This document shows, piece after piece, positions 41,847 through 50,414 of a stretch of DNA of 64,000 nt. The position numbers were made by a program, and so were the translations under genes. Each line of letters begins with the position of its first letter. Position 1 is the first letter of the stretch. A model generated the notes under the pieces. That model searched no databases, was not told the origin of the DNA, and was given only the letters and a program-made list of their open reading frames with translations. Source of the stretch: an uncultured Acidimicrobiia bacterium (GTDB lineage: Bacteria; Acidobacteriota; Vicinamibacteria; Vicinamibacterales; UBA2999); contig CAWCGQ010000004.1 in NCBI GenBank assembly GCA_963795125.1, positions 556,205 to 620,204 of the forward strand, written 5' to 3'.

Positions 41847-43183
41847 CCACCTTGTTCGCGTTCTTCTTTGTGCTCGGCGTGCTCGTGTTCATCCACGAGC
41901 TGGGCCACTTCCTGCTGGCTCGCTGGCATGGCGTGCGCGTCCTGACGTTCTCGCTCGGCTTCGGGCCGAAGCTGTTGAAGGTCCAGCGCGGCGACACCGA
42001 ATATTGCATCAGCGCCATTCCGCTTGGCGGCTACGTCAAGATGGCCGGCGAGAACCCCGACGACCCGCAGACCGGCGCGGGCGACGAATTCCTGTCGAAG
42101 TCGAAGTGGCAGCGGTTCCAGATCCTGATCGCCGGACCGGTGATGAATCTTGCGCTGGCCGTCGTTCTGCTGGCGTTCGTGCTGCTGCAGGGCGCCGACG
42201 TGCTCGCGTTCCTGGATCGCCCGGCGGTGGTCGGACTGGTGCAGGCGGGCTCGCCCGCCGAGAAGGCCGGCATTCAACCCGGCGACACCATTACCAGGTT
42301 CGGCACCGCGGACGTGCGCACCTGGGAACACCTCGACATGGCGGTCGCGGCGCGGCCCGAGCGCGAAGTCGAAATGACGGTCATTCGCGGCGGCCGCGAG
42401 GAGCGCCTCAGGGTCCGTCCCGATCTCACCGAACTGCGCACCCGTAACGACGCGCGCTTCGAGGTCGGCACCATCGGCGTCATGCCGGACGTCTACCCGA
42501 GCGTGGCGTCGTTTGTGGCCGGCAAGCCGGCGGAATCCTCGGGGCTGCAGGCGGGCGACCTGATCCTCGCGGTTGACGGCGAGCGGATGGTGTTCCGATC
42601 GCAGGTCGCCGAGGCGATCTCGAAAAAGTCCGGCGACCAGCCGATCGAGTTCCGGGTCCGCCGCGACGGCAGCGATCAAACCATCTCCGTGTCTCCCTAC
42701 CGGGAAGGCGATCAGACTCGCGTCGGCATCTACATGAGCGAGGCGACGCGTTCGTTCAAGCCGTCGTTCTTCGAAGCGATCGGCATGAGCGTTCAGCGCA
42801 ACATCGAGATGGCCGGCTTGATCCTCAATACGCTCAGGGATCTGGTGACCGGCGAGGCGTCGCCGAAGCAGTTGATGGGACCCGTCGGCATCGCGCAGCT
42901 GTCGGGCGAGTCGGCGCAGGCCGGCTGGATCGCGCTGCTCAGCCTGATGGCGGGGATCAGCCTCAACCTTGGACTGTTGAACCTGCTGCCGATTCCGGTG
43001 CTCGACGGCGGCCACATCTTCATCATGGCGATCGAAACGATCTCGCGCCGCGACTTCAGCCTTCAGGTGAAGGAGAAGATGCTGTTTGTCGGGTTCGTGC
43101 TGCTGATGACGCTGATGGTGACGGTGATCTACAACGATCTGACCAGGATTACGTGGATTGAGAACCTGATGCCGTGGCGGTAG
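41843..43183 (+). CDS. rseP: RIP metalloprotease RseP (site-2 protease, PDZ domains)
   Basis: The ATG overlaps the dxr stop (ATGA). HELGHFLLAR zinc motif, GGYVKMAGE, PDZ-like GIQPGDTI / GLQAGDLI, and the C-terminal NLLPIPVLDGGH. Confidence 0.9.
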   Translation: MTTLFAFFFVLGVLVFIHELGHFLLARWHGVRVLTFSLGFGPKLLKVQRGDTEYCISAIPLGGYVKMAGENPDDPQTGAGDEFLSKSKWQRFQILIAGPVMNLALAVVLLAFVLLQGADVLAFLDRPAVVGLVQAGSPAEKAGIQPGDTITRFGTADVRTWEHLDMAVAARPEREVEMTVIRGGREERLRVRPDLTELRTRNDARFEVGTIGVMPDVYPSVASFVAGKPAESSGLQAGDLILAVDGERMVFRSQVAEAISKKSGDQPIEFRVRRDGSDQTISVSPYREGDQTRVGIYMSEATRSFKPSFFEAIGMSVQRNIEMAGLILNTLRDLVTGEASPKQLMGPVGIAQLSGESAQAGWIALLSLMAGISLNLGLLNLLPIPVLDGGHIFIMAIETISRRDFSLQVKEKMLFVGFVLLMTLMVTVIYNDLTRITWIENLMPWR

Positions 43184-43322
43184 TAGTCTGTGGTCAGTAG
43201 CCAGTAGCCAGTAGCCAGTAGCCGAGTCAGTACCAGAGCTAGCCAGTAGTCAGTAGCCGGTATCCAGAAGAATTCTTGTCCTTCCGGAGTCCGGCTACCG
43301 GCTACTGGCTACCGGATACCGA
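43184..43322. repeat. CAGTAGCC/GGCTACTG 8-nt word array in the convergent rseP / D-aminoacylase spacer
   Basis: CAGTAGCC x4 direct, more degenerate copies, an AGAATTCT centre, then GGCTACCGGCTACTGGCTACC inverted. The inverted arm encodes the last residues (SGSQ*) of the D-aminoacylase. Confidence 0.8.
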
Positions 43323-45020
43323 CCGGGCTCGCTTCAGTACTTTCCCCGGTCGTGCGTTCGTGTGTGTGCCTTCATCAAGCACGACCTGTCCGTTCACCAA
43401 AACAGTGTCAATCCCCACCGGATACTGAAACGGATCCTCGAACGTCGCTTGGTCGGCGACGGTGGCCGGGTCAAAAATCACCAGGTCGGCCCACATCCCC
43501 TCCTTGATCGAGCCGCGATCGGCGATGCCGAGGATGCTGGCGGGCAACGACGTCATCTTCCTCACCGCTTCCGCGAGCGTGATCACGTTCATCTCGCGAA
43601 CGTAACGGCCCAGCACGCGCGGGAAGGTGCCGAAGTTGCGCGGATGCGGCACGCCGACCCGCAGCGGACCGTCGGTGGCGAGCGACGAACCGTCCGAGCC
43701 GATTGCCACCCACGGCTGCTTCAACGCGAGCGCGAGATCGCCCTCGTCGATGATGAAATACACGCAGCCGACCGAGCCGCGTTCGTCGATCAGCAGATCG
43801 AACACGAAGTCGAACGGGTCCTTGCCGGCCTGCTGCGCCGCCTCCGCGACGCGCATGCCTTCGTACTTGCGGTTCGCTGACGCGCCGGCCTCGACCGCGC
43901 CGCGCGTTCGGCCGATTGCCGCGAGCTGCACGTTCTGCCAGGTGCCCGCCGACTGGTAGCGGCTCTCCCACGTCGGATTGGTATTCTCCATTTCCTTGCG
44001 GATGCGCGCGCGTTCGCGACGGTCCTGCAGGCGGGCGATCAGCTTGTCGGTCCCGCCGTCCAGCGCCCAGGGCGGGATGGTGGCGGTCAGGCCGGTGCTG
44101 CTCGCGACGTAGGGGTATTGATCGGCGGTGACGCGCACGCCGCGCGCCCGCGCGGCTTCGACCAGCTCGATCACTTCCTTCATGCGGCCGACGTTTTTCT
44201 GGCCGGTCACCTTGATGTGAAACACGTGCACGGGCAGCTTCGCGCGCTCGCCGATGGCGATCGCCTCTTCGATCCCCTCGCGCAGCTTCAGGCCGTCGTA
44301 GCGCAGGTGCGAGGCGTAGAGGCCGCCCTTGGCGGCCGCGGGTCTCGAGACCGCGGACAATTCCTCGACATCCGCATAGGCGTTGGGCGGATAGATCAGG
44401 CCGGTCGACACGCCGAAGATGCCCTGGTCCATCATCGACGACACCATCGTCTGCATCGCCTCGATCTCGGCCGCGGTGGCCTTGCGATCGTCTTCTCCGA
44501 TCACCATCTCGCGCACGGTGCCGAGGCCGACATACGACAGCAGGTTGGGCGAAATGCCGCCCTGTTCGATCGCCGCGAAGTAGCCGTCAAAATCGGTCCA
44601 CCGTTGAGTCCGCGGGCTGCCCCCACTGTCAACCTCCGGCTGGCGGGGGGCGACCGAGCCGGATTCGCCGATCACCTCGGTGGTCACGCCCTGGCGGATC
44701 TTGCTCTCGCCGTTGCCGTCGGTGATGAGGGTCATGTCGGAATGGCTGTGCAGGTCGATGAAGCCCGGCGCCACGGTGCGTCCGTTGGCGTCGATGGTGC
44801 GCGCGGCGGTGCCGCTGACGTCGCCGACCGCCGCGATCTTGCCGGCCGCGATCGCGATCGATCCGTCGCGCGGCGCGCCGCCGCTGCCGTCGACAATCCG
44901 CGCGTTGGTGATGAGGACGTCGAACGACGGGGCGGTGGCCGGCGGCGGGGTCGTCGAGCACGCGCCGAGCGCGGCGGCAAACGCCAGCACGGACGAACGA
45001 CGGAGGCACGGTAGCAGCAT
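43302..45020 (-). CDS. N-acyl-D-amino-acid deacylase (D-aminoacylase) family amidohydrolase, lipoprotein-type signal
   Basis: Lipobox-like AAALGAC. GFIDLHSHSD metal motif, QGVTTEV, and DRGSIKEGMWADLVIFDP near the C-terminus. Confidence 0.8.
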   Translation of the reverse strand: MLLPCLRRSSVLAFAAALGACSTTPPPATAPSFDVLITNARIVDGSGGAPRDGSIAIAAGKIAAVGDVSGTAARTIDANGRTVAPGFIDLHSHSDMTLITDGNGESKIRQGVTTEVIGESGSVAPRQPEVDSGGSPRTQRWTDFDGYFAAIEQGGISPNLLSYVGLGTVREMVIGEDDRKATAAEIEAMQTMVSSMMDQGIFGVSTGLIYPPNAYADVEELSAVSRPAAAKGGLYASHLRYDGLKLREGIEEAIAIGERAKLPVHVFHIKVTGQKNVGRMKEVIELVEAARARGVRVTADQYPYVASSTGLTATIPPWALDGGTDKLIARLQDRRERARIRKEMENTNPTWESRYQSAGTWQNVQLAAIGRTRGAVEAGASANRKYEGMRVAEAAQQAGKDPFDFVFDLLIDERGSVGCVYFIIDEGDLALALKQPWVAIGSDGSSLATDGPLRVGVPHPRNFGTFPRVLGRYVREMNVITLAEAVRKMTSLPASILGIADRGSIKEGMWADLVIFDPATVADQATFEDPFQYPVGIDTVLVNGQVVLDEGTHTNARPGKVLKRARSVSGSQ

Positions 45021-45022
45021 GT

Positions 45023-46132
45023 TCAGTTGGCCTTGAATTTGGTGACAATGGCTTCGGCAAACGGCGCGACCGGTCCGGCCGGATGCTCGACCGCCGGGGA
45101 GATGTTGGCGCGGGCGGCCGCATCGGCCGCGGCCGCGCCCTGGATGGCCACCACGGTGTGCGCCAGCAGATCCGACGCCTGGTCGGCGCCGAAGTTGGCG
45201 GCGAAATTCAGCACCGCCGATGCGCTGGTGAACGTGACGAGGTCGATCCGCCGATCGAGCAACTGGCGGTAGATGTCGATGTGCGTGTCGGTGTCGACGA
45301 TCACCTCGGCGCCTTCGGCGCGCAGCAGCTCCGCCAGATCGTCGGGCTGCTCCTTCGAATGCATCACCAGCGCGCGGCGCCCGAACAGCGGCCGCGAGTC
45401 GAACCAGCGCAAGTGCTCGCGAAAGTTCACCACCCGGCCGACGATCAGCAGCCCGGCGTCGACCGGCTGGTCCTTCAGCTGGGCCAACAGTTCGCCGAGC
45501 GTCCCGGCGATGGTGCGCTGAGACGGCAGCGTGCCCTGACGAATGATGGCCGCCGGTTCATCGGGCGATCGCCCGTGATCGACCAGCGCGTGCAACATGC
45601 GCGGCAGCTGCTGCGGACCCGCATACGACACAATCGTGCCTTCGAGCTTCGCCAGCGCGCCCCAGTCGATGCGCGCCTTCTCGCGGCCTTCATCCTCATG
45701 CCCGCGCACGAAGGTGACCGTGTCGCCGCTGCCGGGGTAGGTGATCGGCACGCCGGCGTAGGCGCTGGCGCCAATCGCGTGCGGCACCCCCGGCACCACC
45801 TCGTAGTGAACGCCGTGCTCGTGCAGGAACAGCGCTTCCTCGCCGCCCTGATCGAACAGGAACGGATCGCCCCACTTCAGCCGCGCCACGGTCTTGCCTT
45901 CGCGCGCCTTCTCGGCAATCAGCAGGCAGATGGCGTCCTGGTCGCGCGGCTCCGGCGCGGCGCCGCCGACGTCGATGCGCTCGGCATGATCCGGCGCGAG
46001 GTCGAGCAGCTCGGGGTGCACGAGGTGATCGAAGATCACCACGTCGGCCCGCTGCAGACAGCGAGCGCCGCGAAGGGTAATGAGGTCGGGCGCGCCGGGA
46101 CCGGCGCCGATCAAATAGACGATCGCTTTCAC
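45023..46132 (-). CDS. cobA: Uroporphyrinogen-III C-methyltransferase fused to a short HemD-like (uroporphyrinogen-III synthase) C-terminal segment
   Basis: YLIGAGPGAPDLITLRG, RLKWGDPFLFDQGGEE, VPGVPHAIGASAYAGVPIT. The last ~110 aa (LVTFTSASAVLNF...) resemble half a HemD fold. Confidence 0.75.
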   Translation of the reverse strand: MKAIVYLIGAGPGAPDLITLRGARCLQRADVVIFDHLVHPELLDLAPDHAERIDVGGAAPEPRDQDAICLLIAEKAREGKTVARLKWGDPFLFDQGGEEALFLHEHGVHYEVVPGVPHAIGASAYAGVPITYPGSGDTVTFVRGHEDEGREKARIDWGALAKLEGTIVSYAGPQQLPRMLHALVDHGRSPDEPAAIIRQGTLPSQRTIAGTLGELLAQLKDQPVDAGLLIVGRVVNFREHLRWFDSRPLFGRRALVMHSKEQPDDLAELLRAEGAEVIVDTDTHIDIYRQLLDRRIDLVTFTSASAVLNFAANFGADQASDLLAHTVVAIQGAAAADAAARANISPAVEHPAGPVAPFAEAIVTKFKAN

Positions 46133-46147
46133 GGGGAGATAGTAACT

Positions 46148-46187
46148 GGTCTTGAGGGCCTGGGTCGTAAGGTCTTGAGGTCTCAGG
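46148..46187. repeat. 8-nt-period word array (GGTCTTGA family) between cobA and the VWA gene
   Basis: GGTCTTGA GGGCCTGG GTCGTAAG GTCTTGAG GTCTCAGG. Confidence 0.6.
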
Positions 46188-47127
46188 AGACCGGGCCGTA
46201 ATAGCCGCGCTTGGTCCGCGCGGTGGAGTTGGGGCGGGAGACCTGCACCACGATTCGCCGGAAGGCGCCGTCGCGGCGCGGGTTCTTCGACGCGTAGCCC
46301 ATCGAGTACTGGCTCGACAGCTCCTCGGCAATCTGCCCGTAGACTTCCTTCAACTCGTCAATCTGCTTCGCGAAGAACGCGCGGCCGCCGGTTTCCTGGG
46401 CGAGCTGGCGCAGTACGAATTCCGCCTCGCGGAAGCCCCTGAGCGCGCTGGTTTCCCGGGGCTGGAGGCCGATGGTATAAATCGCCGTTTCCGATCGCTT
46501 GGCGAGCTCCAGCACTTCCTCGAAGCTGACCAGGCTCGACGTGTCTTCGCCGTCCGACAACACCACGATCGCCTGGCGCCGTATTTCGTCGGGGTTCCTG
46601 GCCTTCACCTTCGCCAGTTCCTTCAGGGAAATGTAGACCGCGTTATGCAGCGCCGTCGAGCCGCCCGCCGCCGTGCTGCGAATCGCGGTCTCGAGCTCCT
46701 CGATCTTGTTCGTGAAGCCGAGTTTGATCTCGACCCGGCTGTCGAAATCGACCACCTGCGCCAGGTCCTGCGGGCGAATCCGCCGGGCGAATCCGATCGC
46801 CGCTTCCTGCGCGTTGGCCATGCGCTGCTCCATGCTGGCGCTGGAGTCGATGAGCAGCGACAGCGCGATCGGCAGGTTGGTGCGATTGAAGTAGGTGAGC
46901 TCCTGTTTCGCGCCGTCCTCGAACACCGAGAACTCGTCCTGGCCGAGGTCGGTGATGTAGCGGCCCTGCGGATCGGTGGCGGTGACGTTGAGCGAGACCA
47001 CCTCGACCCCGGCGCGGAACACCTGCGGCTGGTCCTGCCCCGACACCGTGGCGGCCGGCACGACACCGCCCGCGGCAAGCGCGCCACAGGCGGCCGACAC
47101 GAGCAGCGCGCGGGTGATCGTTCGCAT
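46183..47127 (-). CDS. VWA domain protein (acidobacterial TIGR03436-like)
   Basis: Signal peptide, FRAGVEVVSLNVTATDPQGRYITDL, MIDAS-like LLIDSSASM, GGSTALHNAV, VLSDGEDTSS. Confidence 0.8.
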   Translation of the reverse strand: MRTITRALLVSAACGALAAGGVVPAATVSGQDQPQVFRAGVEVVSLNVTATDPQGRYITDLGQDEFSVFEDGAKQELTYFNRTNLPIALSLLIDSSASMEQRMANAQEAAIGFARRIRPQDLAQVVDFDSRVEIKLGFTNKIEELETAIRSTAAGGSTALHNAVYISLKELAKVKARNPDEIRRQAIVVLSDGEDTSSLVSFEEVLELAKRSETAIYTIGLQPRETSALRGFREAEFVLRQLAQETGGRAFFAKQIDELKEVYGQIAEELSSQYSMGYASKNPRRDGAFRRIVVQVSRPNSTARTKRGYYGPVS

Positions 47128-47130
47128 CGA

Positions 47131-48018
47131 CTAGCGGATCGCCTGCCCGCGCGCCGGCGCGCCGCTCACCTCGACCCCCGCCCTGGCGGACGCGATCTCG
47201 ATCTTCTGCGGCGGGATCAACGTCTGCGGCCGGGAATAGACGATGCGGTGCTGGCTCTTGAGGATGGCGGCGAGCTCCTTCATCTTGCCTTCGAACGCCT
47301 GGCTCGAGAGCACGTCGCTGCGGCTGCCGCCGCTTTCGCGCGGGCCGCGATCGAGCACCGAGGCGCGATTGCGCGCCTCATCATTCATCGAGGAGCCGGC
47401 CGGCGAGGTCAGGACCACGGCGTGCATCATCGCCCCGCCTTTGGCCAGCGCTTCGAGCACCTCCGAATAGTGGCGAGTGCTGAACTCGGTGTTCTCGGTG
47501 GTCAGCAGCACCATCGCGGCGCGATCTTCGGGACGCTTCTCGAGCCCCTTGCTGATCTCGACGATGGCGTCGAGCAGCGTGGCGCCGGAATCCGGCATCG
47601 CGAACACTTTGCCGACCCCGTCCATCAACTCTTTCTGACTGGTGGTGTAGTCGCGCAGGATCGTCGGGCGGTCGGCGACGCCGACGAGCGCGACGGGTCC
47701 GATGCCGTCCAGTTCGCTCATCAAGGTCGTCAGGGCGCGGCGGATGTCGGCGATGCTGTTGCCCGCCGCCTGGGAGTTGTCGACGAGGATTGCGACCGCC
47801 ATCGGCGTGGTCGCGGGCGTGACGCGCAGCACTTCGCGGAGCGCCCCGTCTTCGCGCACGGTGAGCGCGTCCGGGGTGAGGCCGGTGATCGGCGCGCGCG
47901 TTCTGGCGTCCCACGCGCCGGCGTAAGCGACACGCTCGTTGCCCTGCGCAAGAACGGAGATGGAAAGGAGAAACGCAGCTGCGCCTCCTGCGATCAGTCG
48001 AACCGACATCTTTGGCAT
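47131..48018 (-). CDS. VWA-like domain protein
   Basis: Signal peptide, AILVDNSQAAG, DSGATLLDAI, and the same architecture as the downstream VWA gene 3 nt away. Confidence 0.65.
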   Translation of the reverse strand: MPKMSVRLIAGGAAAFLLSISVLAQGNERVAYAGAWDARTRAPITGLTPDALTVREDGALREVLRVTPATTPMAVAILVDNSQAAGNSIADIRRALTTLMSELDGIGPVALVGVADRPTILRDYTTSQKELMDGVGKVFAMPDSGATLLDAIVEISKGLEKRPEDRAAMVLLTTENTEFSTRHYSEVLEALAKGGAMMHAVVLTSPAGSSMNDEARNRASVLDRGPRESGGSRSDVLSSQAFEGKMKELAAILKSQHRIVYSRPQTLIPPQKIEIASARAGVEVSGAPARGQAIR

Positions 48019-48086
48019 GCTCTACCCCGGCCAGCCGGCAGGCGCATCCGGCGGCTCTCCCGCAGTATATCGCCTACACTAACCGC

Positions 48087-48338
48087 ATGGCGCCGACGTC
48101 GCAAACCACGTGGCAGCTCATCGGTCAGCTGAGCACCATCGGCATGTCGTTCGTGTTCGCGCTGGTGCTCGGCTTCGCGGCCGGCTTCTGGCTCGATGGG
48201 GTGCTCGGAACCAAGCCCTGGCTGTCGTTTATCGGCTTCTTCTTCGGGCTCGCGGCCGGCGTCCTCAACGTCTACCGCGTCCTGCAGCTGTCAAATCGTT
48301 CTACTAGTTCCACGAGTTCGAAGGATTCCAGCACCTAG
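48087..48338 (+). CDS. AtpZ/AtpI-family small membrane protein
   Basis: Two-TM pattern LIGQLSTIGMSFVFALVLGFAAGFWLDG...WLSFIGFFFGLAAGVLNVY. The Ser/Thr-rich tail is encoded by a repeat array. It lies upstream of the atp genes. Confidence 0.6.
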   Translation: MAPTSQTTWQLIGQLSTIGMSFVFALVLGFAAGFWLDGVLGTKPWLSFIGFFFGLAAGVLNVYRVLQLSNRSTSSTSSKDSST

Positions 48339-48415
48339 GTTCAAGAACCCGTTGGAACCCAACCGGACAACGCCCTTGGAACGCCTGGCACCCGTGGCAC
48401 CTTTGGAACCGTTGT
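48298..48415. repeat. GTTCCA/TGGAACC-TGGCACC word palindrome, second locus (atpZ 3' end to atpI-like start)
   Basis: The left words GTTCTAC, GTTCCACG, GTTCGAAGG and ATTCCAGC lie inside the atpZ tail. The right arm CTTGGAACGCCTGGCACCCGTGGCACCTTTGGAACCGTTG is almost the same string as 40598-40628. Confidence 0.75.
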
Positions 48416-48419
48416 TGCC

Positions 48420-48773
48420 GTGATTGAGCGCATCGCACGCGGGACGGCGATCGCGTGCGCGGTGATCGCCGTGTTGTTTGCGGCCTGGCGGCGTGACCTG
48501 GCCGCGCCGCTGGGGGTGCTTGGCGGCGGCGCCTTAATCGGCCTGTCGTTCTGGGCGATCCGCGGCACGGTCGACGCGTTGATCGGCGGAAATCCTTCGG
48601 GATTCGCGCTAGTGAAGTTTTTCACAAGGCATGGTATATTGGCCCTCGCGGCCTACGGTATGATGGTGCGTTTGCACCTCGATCCGGTGGGTTTACTGGC
48701 GGGTGTATCGTCCCTCGGCGTTGCCGTCACGGTCGAAGCGTTCAGAGGTTTGAGATGGAGGCGTTTTCTGTGA
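48420..48773 (+). CDS. ATP synthase protein I-like membrane protein
   Basis: 117-aa, 4-TM-like protein from a GTG start. Its stop overlaps the GTG of the c-subunit gene (GTGA at 48770). The call rests on position and size only. Confidence 0.5.
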   Translation: MIERIARGTAIACAVIAVLFAAWRRDLAAPLGVLGGGALIGLSFWAIRGTVDALIGGNPSGFALVKFFTRHGILALAAYGMMVRLHLDPVGLLAGVSSLGVAVTVEAFRGLRWRRFL

Positions 48774-49114
48774 GAACAAGTCGGTTGCTGCTGTCCCTGA
48801 TGTTCGGATTCGTCGTTCTCGGTCTGGCCTCGCCGGTCTATGCCCAGGAAGCTGCCGCGGAAGCGGCCAACTCGGGCCTCGTCCAGTGGTCGATCGTTAC
48901 CGCGGGCTTCGCGCTGGCCATTGCCGCCGCGGGCGCCGCGCTCGGTCAGGGCAAGGCGGTGGCGTCGGCCGCGGAAGCGATCGCGCGCAACCCCGGTGCC
49001 GCCGGCGAAATCCGCGGCGCGCTGATTCTCGGCCTCGTGCTGATCGAATCGCTCGTGATTTACGTGCTGCTCGTCTCGCTGATTCTGTTCTTCATCAAGC
49101 CGTTTGGCGGCTAG
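48770..49114 (+). CDS. atpE: F-type ATP synthase subunit c with N-terminal signal-like extension
   Basis: IAAAGAALGQGKAVASAAEAIARNPGAAGEIRGALILGLVLIESLVIYVLLVSLILFF is a hairpin with loop RNP and carboxylate E in LIESLVIY. It is preceded by LLLSLMFGFVVLGLASPVYA. An alternative ATG lies at 48755. Confidence 0.85.
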   Translation: MRTSRLLLSLMFGFVVLGLASPVYAQEAAAEAANSGLVQWSIVTAGFALAIAAAGAALGQGKAVASAAEAIARNPGAAGEIRGALILGLVLIESLVIYVLLVSLILFFIKPFGG

Positions 49115-49291
49115 AGACAGTCGGCAGTCGAGAGTCGACGGTTAAGAGTTTTCAGTTAACAGTCGGCAGTTCAGTCGTGAGTTGTCAAAAAGGCGAACCT
49201 TCGGGTTCGCCTTTTTCGTTGTCTGCCGACCGTCGACTGAACTGAAAACTGAAGCCCCAAGCTCTTAACTGTAGACTCTTGACTGCCGACT
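49115..49291. repeat. 'AAGAGTCGNCAGTTAAGAG' family, inverted pair (copies 2 and 3) forming a ~175-nt palindrome around the atpE terminator
   Basis: The left arm GACAGTCGGCAGTCGAGAGTCGACGGTTAAGAGTTTTCAGTT... matches the reverse complement of the right arm, CACAGTCGGCAGTCAAGAGTCTACAGTTAAGAGC... Confidence 0.8.
49187..49216. terminator. Bidirectional intrinsic terminator after atpE
   Basis: AAAAA-GGCGAACC-TTCG-GGTTCGCC-TTTTT. It sits at the centre of a ~175-nt imperfect palindrome. Confidence 0.8.
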
Positions 49292-50164
49292 GTGACCACC
49301 CTCGACTTCCTGCTGCTCCTCATGGTCCTCATCTGGGGCGCCAACTTCTCCATTGTCAAGGTTGCGCTGCTGGATTTTCCGGAGGTCGCGTTCAATGCCA
49401 TGCGCATGGTGGTCGCGACGACGGTCTATCTGGGGGTGATATTCGCGACGCCGGCGAGGTCGCGTCTGAAGACGCTGACGCGCCGGGACTGGCTCGAGCT
49501 CGCGTTTCTCGGCTCGATCGGCACCTTCCTCTATCAGTTCTGTTTCGTCTCGGCGGTCAAGCGCACCAGCGTCGGCAACGGCTCGCTGATCATCGGCGTC
49601 TCGCCGATCGTCATCGCGCTGATGTCCGCCGTGGTCGGGCACGAGCGCATCCGCGCCGTGCGATGGCTCGGCATCGCCGTCGCGATGTTCGGCCTCTATC
49701 TGGTCGTCGGCCGCGGCGTGGACCTCACGGCGCAGACCTGGCGCGGCGACGCGTTGATGATGGCCGGGGTGATCTGCTGGGCCACCTATTCGGTCGCGTC
49801 CCAGGGAATCCTCAAACGCCAGTCGCCGCTCCTGGTCATCGCCCTGACCTTTTCGATCGGGGCGACGCTGTACGTGGTGACGATGACGCCGATCCTGATC
49901 GGGGTGGACTGGGGGGCGATCTCGCGGTTCAGCTGGCTGCTGATGCTGGCTTCGGCGCTGCTGGCGCTCAATCTGTCGTACTGGATCTGGTACACCGGCC
50001 TCAAGCGCCTTGGCGGATCGCGGACCTCGGTCTACAGCTACCTCACCCCGGTCGTGGCCATGGTCGTCGCGGCATTGTGGCTGGGTGAGCCGATTTCGGC
50101 GAATCAGCTCGCGGGTGCGGGCGCCATCTTCGGAGGCCTGCTCATTACCCGGTTTACGCACTGA
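49292..50164 (+). CDS. EamA/DMT family transporter
   Basis: Intact 290-aa, 10-TM-like ORF with two EamA halves (LIWGANFSIVKVAL...; VICWATYSV...). Confidence 0.8.
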   Translation: MTTLDFLLLLMVLIWGANFSIVKVALLDFPEVAFNAMRMVVATTVYLGVIFATPARSRLKTLTRRDWLELAFLGSIGTFLYQFCFVSAVKRTSVGNGSLIIGVSPIVIALMSAVVGHERIRAVRWLGIAVAMFGLYLVVGRGVDLTAQTWRGDALMMAGVICWATYSVASQGILKRQSPLLVIALTFSIGATLYVVTMTPILIGVDWGAISRFSWLLMLASALLALNLSYWIWYTGLKRLGGSRTSVYSYLTPVVAMVVAALWLGEPISANQLAGAGAIFGGLLITRFTH

Positions 50165-50278
50165 GGCGGTCAAACCGCCCCCGGGCCGCGGCGGGTCGGC
50201 TGGCACCCCGCCGAAGGTCTGGACGCCGAGCGATGGGTGTGGCCCGTCCCTGTTCGCCGTGCGGTCGTCCCTGTTTCC

Positions 50279-50307
50279 TTGCAATTTCTCCCTGATTTCT
50301 GTAAATT
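50279..50307 (+). promoter_or_regulatory. Candidate sigma70-type promoter for TonB-type paralog 1
   Basis: TTGCAA, a 17-nt spacer, then TAAATT, about 108 nt upstream of the ATG at 50415. This is a pattern match only. Confidence 0.3.
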
Positions 50308-50414
50308 AGCGGCGCTTACTTTTCGTTACATTTGGCGTCGGCCGCGAGTGCCGGCGTCTTGTTATTTTGGGATCTGGCCCGGCGGTCGGCCCCCACACGA
50401 TCCGAGGAGGACAC

